DNA of 64,000 nt from Paecilomyces variotii (taxonomy: Eukaryota): NCBI GenBank assembly GCA_004022145.1, contig RCNU01000002.1; one strand, 5' to 3'. The translations under genes and the position numbers were made by a program. The stretch's first letter is position 1, and every line of letters begins with the position of its first letter. Shown here one piece after another: positions 13,264-24,849 of the stretch. The notes under the pieces are model-generated. The model made no database searches. It saw nothing but the letters and a program-made list of their open reading frames with translations, and was not told the DNA's origin.

Positions 13264-14696
13264 TCAGTCAAAGTCCTCTTGTACCGGAGTGCGAGAACCA
13301 TCAGTGGTAGCAGGGGGAGGTAACTCGATAAAGGTGAACTCCAAGACGCTCAAGAAAGAACCAGGGGGACAATGTTTGCGCTCGAATCGGAATCGCTTAT
13401 CGGCCATTCGCACCATATTGATGTATTCAACCATGGAACGCGCTCTTCCCATATGGAGAGCATGCATGCGTATATCCGTTATCCGTCCCTCCATTTCGAT
13501 GGCCTCGCAGTCCCAATCCACATCATCCATGAGCATCTCGTTGATAAAAAGCTTGGCTCCATGATTCATTGCCTTTCCCACGCCACGTATGATGTCCCTC
13601 GCAAAATCGTCAGACCACGACTGCATGATCCAGCGGTAAAAGTAAGCATCGGCAGTCACTCGTTGGCTCTTGAAAAGATCATTATGCTCGAAAGTAATAC
13701 GTGTTCTGTATCGCTTGGGCAGCGACTTTCGACCAAGAGCGACAGCTTCAGGAAGATCTTGTACGACAAACTTGAGATGATGAAACCTATCCGCAAGAGC
13801 CATTGAGATGTGGCCAGGACATCCTCCGCACTGCGGTGAATTAGTCGACCAGTACTATGTATGCCGCAGACAAAGGATACCTACTTACGTCAACAACAGT
13901 ATTAACCAGTCTCCAGTCAAAACAAGATATCACATGCTCCATCGAATATTGTTCGAGCTTGGCAGTGGCAGCCATAAGACTTTGATATTCTTTGGCGTCT
14001 TCAGGAACGCGCTCGATGCGTTGCCAATATGTCTCCAGTGCCTCACCACGTTCTTTATGGGAAATGCTCCAAGCAGAACAATAGGGATTACGACCAGTGG
14101 GATCCATCTTGAATGACTCGCTGATCTCCGCAGCAGTTACCAAAGCTTCTTTGAATCCCCAATGCAAAGCGTGAGCGGTATTGCGGTCTTTCATAAAGAT
14201 GGCAGAAGTGACATTGTGACTGACGAAACCGGGTCTAGGCTCAAATAGAAAACCAGCAGCAGCAGCCAGACGAACATAGCGAGCTAAGAGATCCTTATCA
14301 ATATTGACAATTCTGGCGAGGTTTTCGTATGAAATGTCATGGTTCAGAAAGATCTCATAAGGCACGCCAAGATCCATCAAGGCTTTGATAGCACCGATTT
14401 CGTAACACTGCAAATCTGTCAGTGAGAGGTCAACTATTCCTTCTCTGTGATCCAGGACATACCTTATCATGAAGCATGCGAAGGAAGATAACAGGGGGTG
14501 TGGCCAACCGCTGAATCCGAACGGCAGCAGCGGAGATTCTCTGAATGGCCTCATAACACTCTGGGCTGACTTTAGGGAAAGCAAAGGGGGCATCTTCACT
14601 CCAAGAAAAGTCGGGGATGTTTTTTTCTTCAAATTCTTTGATTACGATATCTGCATCCTCTGAAATCACCTCAGCCAAATCCTTGATACCAGACAT
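13264..14696 (-). CDS. O-methyltransferase-fold protein (methyltransf_2 with winged-helix dimerisation domain), 3 exons
   Basis: Starts MSGIKDLAEVI. LFEPRPGFVSHN, VVD|CGGCPGH SAM loop, FVVQDLPE, ADAYFYRWI, ARSMVEY. Confidence 0.85.
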
Positions 14697-16146
14697 GGTT
14701 GGACTGATCCGCCGCTCGAGGCGTGGTGAAATTGATAAAACAGTCAAAGACTAGAAGAACAGTTCCTGAGTCATCACCCTGTACATGTGTGGGTTGACGC
14801 TCAAAGGATGAGGATAAAAGGTAGAGACGCGGAACATATCACGGTCCTTCGTGAAGAGGCGGCAGTAACAGTGTCTCTTTATGGCAGAATTGCTACCACT
14901 GAGCAGGTAAAGATAAAGAGGCCCTCCGCGGTGAATCGAGCTGCGAGAGCCAAGGGTGTGTTGCAGCCGCACATCTCCTGGACTAACCCAGGAAGCGAGC
15001 CTCGCGTTAGGTTCGTTGGCCATACCATCGATTGCTTCTCTTGTCAACGGAGTTTGGCGTCACGATAGATGTGCTGAAAGCTGACTTGAAGGAAGCTTTC
15101 GAATAGTCGACACGGAGACCCAGAGACAACGAACAGTGGGAGGGGAGAAGCCTCCGTCTACTGCGGAGGCCGCCCAGGAAATTCATCACTCGAGCCATTT
15201 GTAAATACGTCGACTCGGAGTACTCTTTCTCGTCCTAGCAGGTATCTATCCACAGGAGTTTAGGCGAAGAGCGCAGGAAGGATATCAGTAGTGTTTTATC
15301 AGTAATCAGAGCTTCCTACTAACGTAGGAACTTAAACAGCTTTGGAGAGACAACAAAACATAAAATATAATGAGCATAGGAACAACATCACAAAAAGTAA
15401 CCAAATAAGCAGGAAGACAGAGCAGAGCCTTTATCTATCTACATCACAAGATGTAAGTTAATTCAACTATATACCGGAGTTACAGTATCTCCGTAGTCCA
15501 AACAAGCATGCATGGCTAACTTAGCGCCAATTTTAATTCCGTCTAGTCTTTCCCCAGTATGTTTTCCGTCTGATGTCCAGGATGTGTGAAAGTAGGCACT
15601 CTTCCTCCCCCCTTGCTGCGCTAATCATAACGGCATAACGCCAAATACCAAATCAGGTAGTCTTGAGCAATAATCTGTCCCACCAGTTATGCATATCCTT
15701 GCTGTTTAAAAAGCAATATGGTGGCTATAGGCATGCCTGGGAAGTTTCACCACATTTTGATAGCCTGCTAGTATGTGGAGATTAAAAGCTGGGGTTCTAG
15801 ATTTCGGGTCCTTTTGAATCTAAAATAGCCAAGGGCCGCTGATATTTTTCTTTTTCTTTTTCTTTTTCCCTTTTGAGGTGCTTCATTATTACTATTTGGA
15901 TGACTGCATATGGTAGAATTACTGGACTGTCTTTTTTGAAGGGAGCAGCAACTCACAGGTCAGTGTGAACAATCGCATTCGAGTATGGTTGTTATACTAA
16001 CAGAAAGCCAGGTAGTGTCTCTACATATACCATTTCCAACATATACGATTCATTTGCTTTCCCACCTCTTGATTTCACACATACCATATTTTGTGCTCCA
16101 CAAGAAGATAGGTAGCTTCCCAGCATCAAACTCGAAAGCGAACATA

Positions 16147-17052
16147 ATGCCATTCCCAACTCACACCTCACGAACCTCCTCTCCCTCTCCATCAATCAAG
16201 AAGAGCCCAGCGAATGAATCCAAAGAACAACAAGACAAAGAAGAAAAGGACTCCAGCACCACCGCAATGGACAACAATCCCTCTCCACCCTCAATAACCA
16301 TCCGCCGCGCAAAGCTCAAAGACTCCCAAACCCTCGGCACCATCTTAGCCGCCGGGTTCATCGACGACGACGTCTTTGGCGAATATCTCTTCCCCCACCG
16401 CCGCGAATATCCCGACGACTACCGTCTACAATTCGCACGGATGATGCGCTCGCACATGTATAAACGCGGCCATCGCGTCCGCGTTGCCGTGGACAGTTCA
16501 AGCTCTCGTGTGATTGGCGTGGCTAGTTGGGAAAGACAGGGGAGGAAAAAGACGAGTAAATCGACTACTGCTACGAAGGAGAAGAGATCGAATAATGATC
16601 ATAATAATAATTCGGTCTGTTTGCTTTTCAAGCACGTTGCGATTCGATCCCTCGATGCGATTTCCAGTATTATCCACCCGGATCGTTCCGTGTCTGTTGA
16701 GAATAAAAGGAACTTTGACGCTGAGGTACCAAACTATAAACACTATTGGTCCGGTTCGCGCTCTGAGACGTGGTATCTCAGTTTTCTTGCCGTGGATGCC
16801 GAATATCGGGGCTGCGGGGCGGGAAGGGCGCTCGTGGAAGAAGGAATCCGATGGGGAGAGACGGATGGAGTCTGTGTCAGTTTGATCTCGACAGAGTGCG
16901 GAGATGGGTTCTATCAGAGGTTAGGGTTCGTGGATGTAGGATCTGCGACGCAGGGGGCGCTGAAGGGCCTGAGAGGTGGGAGTATTAAGTTCTATGAGAG
17001 ACATTTGGAGAAATCTGAAAAGGAGGAGGAGGATGAGGAGAAGCAGTCATGA
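16147..17052 (+). CDS. GNAT-family N-acetyltransferase
   Basis: ITIRRAK, LFPHRREYP, motif A WYLSFLAVDAEYRGCGAGRAL and FYQRLGF. Start may instead be the ATG at 16267. Confidence 0.85.
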   Translation: MPFPTHTSRTSSPSPSIKKSPANESKEQQDKEEKDSSTTAMDNNPSPPSITIRRAKLKDSQTLGTILAAGFIDDDVFGEYLFPHRREYPDDYRLQFARMMRSHMYKRGHRVRVAVDSSSSRVIGVASWERQGRKKTSKSTTATKEKRSNNDHNNNSVCLLFKHVAIRSLDAISSIIHPDRSVSVENKRNFDAEVPNYKHYWSGSRSETWYLSFLAVDAEYRGCGAGRALVEEGIRWGETDGVCVSLISTECGDGFYQRLGFVDVGSATQGALKGLRGGSIKFYERHLEKSEKEEEDEEKQS

Positions 17053-17567
17053 AAGTGGGACTGGAACATAGCAATTGGATAGATAATTACGTATTTTCAC
17101 GTATCATTGAGTAGCCTGATCGGGTTCTGGGCCATATAAAAGCAAGTATGCCTTATGGCATGCTATCGTAAAGACCCCACGGATTTAGAAAGACAATCAG
17201 AAAAGGCAAAGATGGGGCATATAAAAAAGGCAGAGCACATAGGCAATTGCCTTCACAGTTTCATGATTTCTTTCATTCATCCCTACAACCAACACCGGCA
17301 GCAGTGTCACCTCTAAGATTATACATAGAGAAAGAGTGAACAATGCGATATCCTGCAGCCCAAAATCCCCAGCCAAAAGAAAACCCAACCAGCATAAAAA
17401 CACCCAAACAAGAAAATGCAAACTATTGGGGAATATGAATATAAATGTGGAGTATGAGAGAAAAGAACTTAAGTGACAAGAAGGTATCAAGAGAGGAGCG
17501 GAAATAAAATGAGGCGTGACTAACGGCAGAGATCTAGGGGGTCATTGGTGGAAGTGATGGTCGTTCT

Positions 17568-18646
17568 TCATTTTCCGTTCACAAAGTGCTCAGGAATCTT
17601 TGGAACAGCAGGAGGCTGCGCAGGAGTGGAGTTTTCATCTTCGTCATCGTCTTCGACCATTTCATCTAACTCCTCAGGATGGCTGGAAGAGAAACCAGCT
17701 GTCAGTAATGGCTTCAAGAAAAAAAAAAGAAAAAGAAAAAGAAAGAAAAATCAAGTATTGCACGATACGCGGACGAGGAATAGATGACTTACGCAAGAAG
17801 ACCCTTGATATCCTTCATCTCATAGTGCCTCTTCCTCCGTTCCTCAAATTGACGGTGCTTCTCTCTAGCCTCTTCGGTGGTCAGGAGGTGCTCCCCGGTC
17901 TCTTCCCCGCCATTTGCATCCTCTGAACCAACAATAACATGCTTTTCGCCCTTGCTGGAATCACCACTGAGACTGCGCTCGCGGAAGATACGCTCATCAC
18001 CAGTTCTGGAACCGGACGGGAGCTCTTCTTCTGGTTCACCCAGTTCCAAGTCTGGAATGTCCTCCTCCCGCATTCCCGATTTTTTCTTCTGTTCTGCATG
18101 CTTGTTGTCGAGTTCATCGACAACGATGTCTTGAGCGTCGATAAGTCTATCCTCTGCTTCTGCCAATTCCATCTCATCCTCATCTTGCGATGGATCGTAA
18201 TGTGGCGCATAGGGTGTTTTGGGCTCATCGATCTTCATCTTGGCGGTTTTCTCCTGTTCCGCCAGGTAGAGATTGGCCTCATCCCACCTCAAGCGGGGCG
18301 AATTCTCGTCGTGGGCGCTGGCGGAAGACTGGCGCCTGGAAGTAGAAGCCCGACGAGCATTGGAAGAAGAGCGTCGGCGTCCAGCATTCTGAAGGGTGTT
18401 CTGCATAGTGATCTCTTTGGTATCAACGAGGTCGGGAGATGGCGTAGCGATCACCGCCGCAACAGGCGCTGCGGGAGAGACTTGCGGAATCTGGGTGTTA
18501 GAATTTTTCAGGATGCCTAGAGATATACATTAGCATCCTCCCAAAATAGTGTAAAAATGATAGCGTTTGTCAATACCCTTTGGCCTTTTTGGCACACTGT
18601 CAGGGCTCTGAGCGGCCATGGCAGCGGGGTGGTGGGACGTAGTCAT
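17568..18646 (-). CDS. GLC8: Protein phosphatase 1 inhibitor-2 (Glc8/IPP-2), 3 exons
   Basis: PKG|ILKN, PRLRWDEANLYL, MKIDEPKTPY and FEERRKRHYEM motifs; last exon HPEELDEM...VNGK*. Confidence 0.9.
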
Positions 18647-19871
18647 GACGACTGCAGTCTGGAGTTTTCGAAGGAAGCTTGGGAGTGCTTTATGTTGGCG
18701 TAAAGTGTATATCAGCAGGGTGCTGGCACAGCCTGTGGACTTTGGGTAGAATGTAGACCGATATAAGGTATGGTTTTGAGGAGCGACAGATGGTTCTCGA
18801 AAGGATCCGCAGCGTCTTTCAGCTGGACAATATTAGATAATAGACGGAGACACAGCCCACCACCTGGTCGGTAAGATGCAGCACGGCAGCTATACGATTC
18901 AGGAAGGACAGGAAGCTGTACCCAAGCAGGCGAAGCTGGATAGTTAAAACGTGGAGGACAAGTCGGGGATGTCTTTGGTGTTTGTCCAGTTCCTGAACTT
19001 CCGTCGCTGTTTGTTGCTGCGGGCACGTGGGGTCGGGCCGCGATGACGTCGGTCGCTGAAAACGACAAACAGAGAAGAAAAATAAGGAAGAATAACCGAA
19101 TCTTGATAAATACTTTGATTCAGTACTACGATTGTTATTATTAGAAGACCCGCCAGGCAATGGGCTACGGCAAAAGATGTGGCTTACACCTTTCATTTTA
19201 ACCTAATTCTCCTACTTCCAGCGCACGCCTCATCCTCCACTCCAGCACTATGTATGCACAACCCTGCAATTCTGCCCTTTTGGTAGAAAAAAGAGAATGC
19301 TCCCCCTGGCAACAACAGCAAACGTATGTTTGGCGGCAAGATACAGACCGTACAAGATTCATATGTCGAGGAAATTGCAGTTGAAGGCCTCCGTTAAAAG
19401 TCCACGCAGTTGACCGCAGCTGAACTCCGCCGATGTAGACAGCCAAAGAGATGCCCGCACTATGACTCAGGAATCCGCCCACAAGAAGGATCGAGGCAGA
19501 CGAGAAAATATAAAATAAAAATCAGATGCAATGATAAGAAATGGGATATCAAACGTAAGGGGTAACCAAGTGGCGCGACAGAAACCATCCTTGCAATGGT
19601 GACGGAAATAAGAAAGGAAGACAATAAGAGAAAACCGAAGGATGGCCCAGACAAGACGTTAGCACCAAAACAGAAAGCCAAGAGTCGCATGTCCGTGACC
19701 ATCAAGATCCAGCACGGTTACTGATCCCAGCACTCAAACCCGACAAGTAATGCGCAGGGGTGTAATGAGCAAACGAAAGTCCGCAGTGATAAAACATCGA
19801 CAGTGGTATAAAACAAGGGTAATGGGAAAGGACAGATTAATCAAGATAATGAGTGAAAAATATAGAGAAGT

Positions 19872-22800
19872 TTAAGCAATGGAATCAAACTCTTCTCTCT
19901 CTCTCAGCCTGTTTCGCGCCAACTCATCGCCACCGTTGGCAGATAGCTGCATCCAGTGCAGCGCTAAACACATACTTTGCGGATCCGACTTGGGATCCTT
20001 GTCACGTCGGTACATCATCTCTGCCTTGAATGTGTCGCGAGGCAAGGTTAGAGGGAGAGTAACCCTCGGCAGAAGCTCCGGGTGCGTTAAGTAGAGAATG
20101 GCAAGCTCACGTTGAGCAACGGGGTTGCCCTCCTTGGCTGTTATAATCCACATCGCGGCCGCATCTTCGATGGCATGGCCAGGCCTGTGGTATTCGTAAC
20201 TATGCGGAGGGTGGCGTCGACTAAGCTCTTGAGAAACAATTTTGTCGGCGATCTCCACCATACTGTTACAGACCTCGTCTTTAAGACTGAGGGCTGCTAG
20301 TCCGAAATGTAGAAAAGCGGTCCCGCTTTCGGTCTTGTTCAGAATTTCGCTGGGAACAAAAGCAGATACAAACTGCAAGTCCCTAAAAAGCGTCTTTGGT
20401 TGGATATCTTGCAATAGCGTCCGCAGGGTATCAACAATCTCGCTCTCCGTCGGACAGAGATGGTCGGATTGTCGGGAGCTAAAAGAAGAGCCAGCGACAG
20501 GTGAGCTAGGCGCCTGTGCCAGACTTTCAGGGGAGTAGCGGAGCCTCCAGGGCTGTGAAAAGCTGTAGCGTAGGGAACGGTTCTGCTGTAGATCTGACAT
20601 TTTCGCCTGCCCAAGAGCGCTGCTCTTAGCATTTAATCGGTCTTCAGCAGAATTACAGAGGGAGGCGATGACAAGTGTTCTTAAGTCGCGAAGAGCCTTC
20701 AGCTTGACAAAAGGGTTGGCATGTCGTGAGAAGGACTCTATCAACTGGAAAAAGGCGGTGCGATAAGGGAAGCTCGAGTTCTCAGCTTCGTCTTGACTGA
20801 CAGAGGACTCCTGAGCAATCGGTGTTGGCGCCACAGGCGTATGTTGTCTGGACATGATAGGGCCCACGGATCTACTCCGCCGACGCCCTACATATCGATC
20901 TGCGCCCATTTCAATTTCATCACGGTTTGAAGCAGAATCACATTCGTCCAAGAATTTCCGGATTCTTGCCCGCTTGGCCATCTGCACCTGGATTCGCTTC
21001 TGATTCAAACAGTTGGTAAACCACGCATCCGTCTCACTTCCGCAACTCCAGACGGGGGAACCCAGGTCACTGAGGAGAAGACTAGTCAAAGTCTGTCTCA
21101 ATTCATCGAGAAAAACGCTCTTGCCGTGGATGTTGCGCTCACTTCGACGTGGAGGCGGCACCGTGTCGCTGAACATCGAAGGCGGGCGAGACTGAAAACT
21201 GGAAGCACTGGCCGCGGACTGCGCTTGCGTGTGCGGTGCCGACCAGAAGGTGCTGTAAGTATCAGCTGTGGAGCTGGACGCCGTCCTCCCCGGCGAATCC
21301 CCGATGGACGAAGTGTCGGTGGCTCCGGCATCTCTGGGCGCTCTCCATTTATCGGAAGCCAGGCTTTGGAATGACGACTTGCGAGCCAAAGAAGGCGCAT
21401 CATTGTAGGGTCGTGAGAAAGCCTCAGATACGCGACTCAAGCCGAAAGTCTGCGAGGCGTAGAGTGCATCTTCACTAGCTATACTAGACGGCCGAACGCC
21501 CGTGGCAGCAGAAATCCCAGGATATCCTCGAACTGAAGATGTCTCATACTTCGCGCGCTCCTTCTGGAATAGCTCACTGGACCACAGGACGGGAGCCTCC
21601 GACATAGTATCTCCAATGAGTCTGTTGATGCTCGACTTCACCTCATAGCAGAAGCGATGTATTCTTTCTTCGCCCTTGCAGAAATTGTCAATACCGTGAT
21701 GCGTCAGCCATTTTCTAGTTAGATCGACTTGTTCATCAGACAGTTTGTTCGGGCCACCTTGGCTGCTTGGTGCCTTCATCACGTTCATAACCTGTACTTC
21801 TGGCTTCTGCAAGAAAGACCCCGCCAATGATCTGGCACCGTTTCGACCACGGTGCTCATTTGAAGAGTGTCTCTGCAGACTTGCCGAGTATACCATCGTC
21901 TTTAATGCAAGAGCCACATGCTTCGCGTCTTCGTATCTCATCGAATTCTTGACGTCGGTCATGTACCACATCTTGTTGCGGAGTCTGGCCAAATCCTTCG
22001 TCATTTCTTTCATTTTTGTCTGCAATTGGTCCAGGGTGCGGTCGAGCATGACAAAGCTGCTTTCGCAGCGCTCGATGATTGAGCAGGACAATTCCAGCGA
22101 CCGCTTACAAGATGTAACTAGTGGTTGAAGGATCCATGAATCATTGACAGGATGTGGTGAGAATTTCGCGGCTCCACGGCGTAGTTGTCGCGACGCATTC
22201 CACCAGTAATGAGCGCCGATGAAGTCAGCCTGCTGCTGACAGAGAGACAGTGCATTGTCAAATCGTTGTTTCAAAGGGCAGGGGATCATCTGTTGAGGGT
22301 AGAAATACGAGCCATAGCTCGAGCGATTCAGGGCTTCCTCTTCGTGTACAAGCTTGACTATAGCCGTCTGCAGGGCCTCATAGTTCTCCTCTGATCCTAT
22401 AGTCGTCGATCTAGCACCGTCATCCGACACATGGTCGTTTTCGGGGTCGTCCTCATGGGACACTACCCAGTTGAGAGACCTGCCATTGTGAGTGACAAGA
22501 AGGACTGCCCAGTCCTCTGCCATAGGGTGATCCAAACTGGGACGGTCATCCGATTCAAGTTCGAAGCGGATACGGTCCACATTCTGGCTTAGCGGGCATC
22601 GCGGCTGCGATACCAGGCTACATGTCGAATCGCTTGCGAGACTATTCGCCCTTGTTACATCGGGAGAAAATACCGTCCTGGTAGTTGCGGGTTGGGACGA
22701 CAAAGCATCAATTCTTCCTTGGAAAAGCTGCGACTCAAAAATCCGGCTAGTTCGGCCACTGTGAGACTGAGGCGGACTAAAGGAAAACGAGGACATTCCC

Positions 22801-24849
22801 GAGGGCGAGGAAGATTCAAAGGACGCGCAGATGGACTTGGGGAAGAGCGCGTTCAGAATAGTGAGGATATCCGCGGCAGAGAGGATCAGGAATGGCGAAG
22901 GTAGGCTCGGGGAAGGCTCAAAGCAATTGAAAGCACCGTTCGCCGAGGGGTCGCTATCCAGTTCGGGATGGGCCTTTGGACTGCTGCGATCAAACCAGGA
23001 GATCATGCTGTCTACATGCTGTCTGATACTAGGACGAGCCATCGAAAATTGAGGCCTGCAACAAGAGTCAATCTCATTCTCGACGACAAAGGGGGGAAAT
23101 AGATGAATGGGTGAATGGAGAAGCCATACAACGAATGGAGGACCCTGAAGACCTGAGACTGCGCCCGGAGTCCAATCTGTCCCAAAAGCTTCTCCCGGGC
23201 ATCCTTGCTGATGTGAAAGTCGAGTAGAAGACCGTGAGTCTGTAAAAAACCGATTAGTAAGTCAGTGTAAAGCAACAAAGAGGGCGGGTTGGCCTACCTC
23301 TGGATAGCATAGTGCATTGTGCAAGAACTTGGAAAAGAACCACTGCACAAGCATGTAGTCGAGAAAGCGGTCCCGGGTTTCAGGTACGGTTAACTTTCCA
23401 AAGATGGCTCTTCCCATTTCCAAGGTACCGTGCGGGAAACCCCCTTCAGGGTTATCCAGGATTTCGAACAGGGTCTCCACGGCTGATTCAAAGAACTCCT
23501 CAGCGGCATCGGTCCGGAAGGGATCTGGCGGCTCAGCATCGAAGCTGAGCCCCAAGGGGCTTTCGACATTCTCCAAAAGGAAGGCACCTTTCTGCAGGAC
23601 ATCCATGAGGTAAAGCTCAAATTTGGGTTTAATCTTCCAGTGGCTGCACAGGCTCCATGAGGACAGGATGTATCCCACGAAAGAATGGTGTTTACTGCCT
23701 CCATGGGAGAGAAGTTTGGCGCACGTGGAGGACCAAACATCCAGACGCAAGCGGGACTCGGCAGAATCAGAATTCAGAGAAGGGGCGAATACGTTGAAAA
23801 GCAAAGCGGACAGAGCATCTGTCCGCTCAAAGGCCAAAGCATGGTCTTTGTAAGGGAGAGATTGGGTAGTGGTGCGTTTAGAAAACAAGAACTGATTCCT
23901 AGTTCGGGATGCAAAGACGGAATCACCGCCCTCGAGTGCCGTGGCCGACGAGACGAGGGCCGAGAGTCGGGAAGGCGTGAGGCTGCTGATCCTTTCGAAC
24001 AAAAACTGCGGATCCGTACGAACCAAATTCAAAATCTCAAGGAGATCGCTCCTTGATTTGGGACTCAGCTGATGCAAGAAGCTGGGGGAATGGTTGCTTT
24101 CCGAATCCAAGGCCAGAGGATTCCCTTCCAACGGGTCCTGTCGATGGAGCAGGCGGCGGGAGGCAGAATTGAAAGACTCCTGGATCTCGTGGATGGTGTT
24201 GTAGATGACCATGAAATTGGCTTTGTCGCCATGTTTGAAACCGTCCACTAGTCCTTTCTGGACCGCAGTTCCAACCCGCAGGAGGCGCGCAGACAGACCT
24301 ATGGAAACCCTGGTAGCTCGTAGTCGCTGTTCCAGGTACCTCCGTAGCACCTCACGGTGCCTGCGCTGGCAGTACAGAACGGCAAACTCCTCGAATGACG
24401 CTTTGGGACTTTCCAGAGGGGACGGAGCCCCAGCCGTTGGGGAGACGCTGCGGCCATCTGGGAGCATCCTAGGGGTCTGGCGGGAATCCTCGCCGGACTC
24501 ACCTTGGCAGCAAGTTGGGGGATCAGAGATCTCGTCCGCACCGGACAGAGTGAGCTTTTCAGAGAAGTTGGCCGCCGTGACTGAGCACGCCGCATCCTCT
24601 AGTAGACGCGGCGAGTCACATGGTGAAGGTGACTCGACGGGCGACGGGGGCAGCGCTGGTAGAAGATGTCCAAGTCAGTCATGATGTTTTTGTCTACACG
24701 CGACAGAGTAGAAGAAAGAGGACAGGAAAGAAAAAAAAAAGGGGTCGCGCATCGAGTCCGGGCTGGGGAACCGCGGATTTGTATGTCGCGCACGTACGGA
24801 TCGCATAGGCCAGGACCGGGGGAAGATAGGCATGTTGGGCATCAATCAT
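19872..24849 (-). CDS. Large conserved fungal protein of unknown function (~1570 aa) with a C-terminal Sel1-like repeat region, 4 exons
   Basis: ORFs of 1056 aa and 401 aa joined by GT-AG introns. Short first exon MIDAQHAYLPPVLAYAI with GTACGT donor and CTGAC..CCAG acceptor. C-terminal AKEGNPVAQRELA and WMQLSANGGDELA. Confidence 0.8.

Noticed and set aside
13264-17052. Secondary metabolite cluster (OMT + GNAT)
   Set aside because: No backbone enzyme, transporter or cluster transcription factor adjacent.
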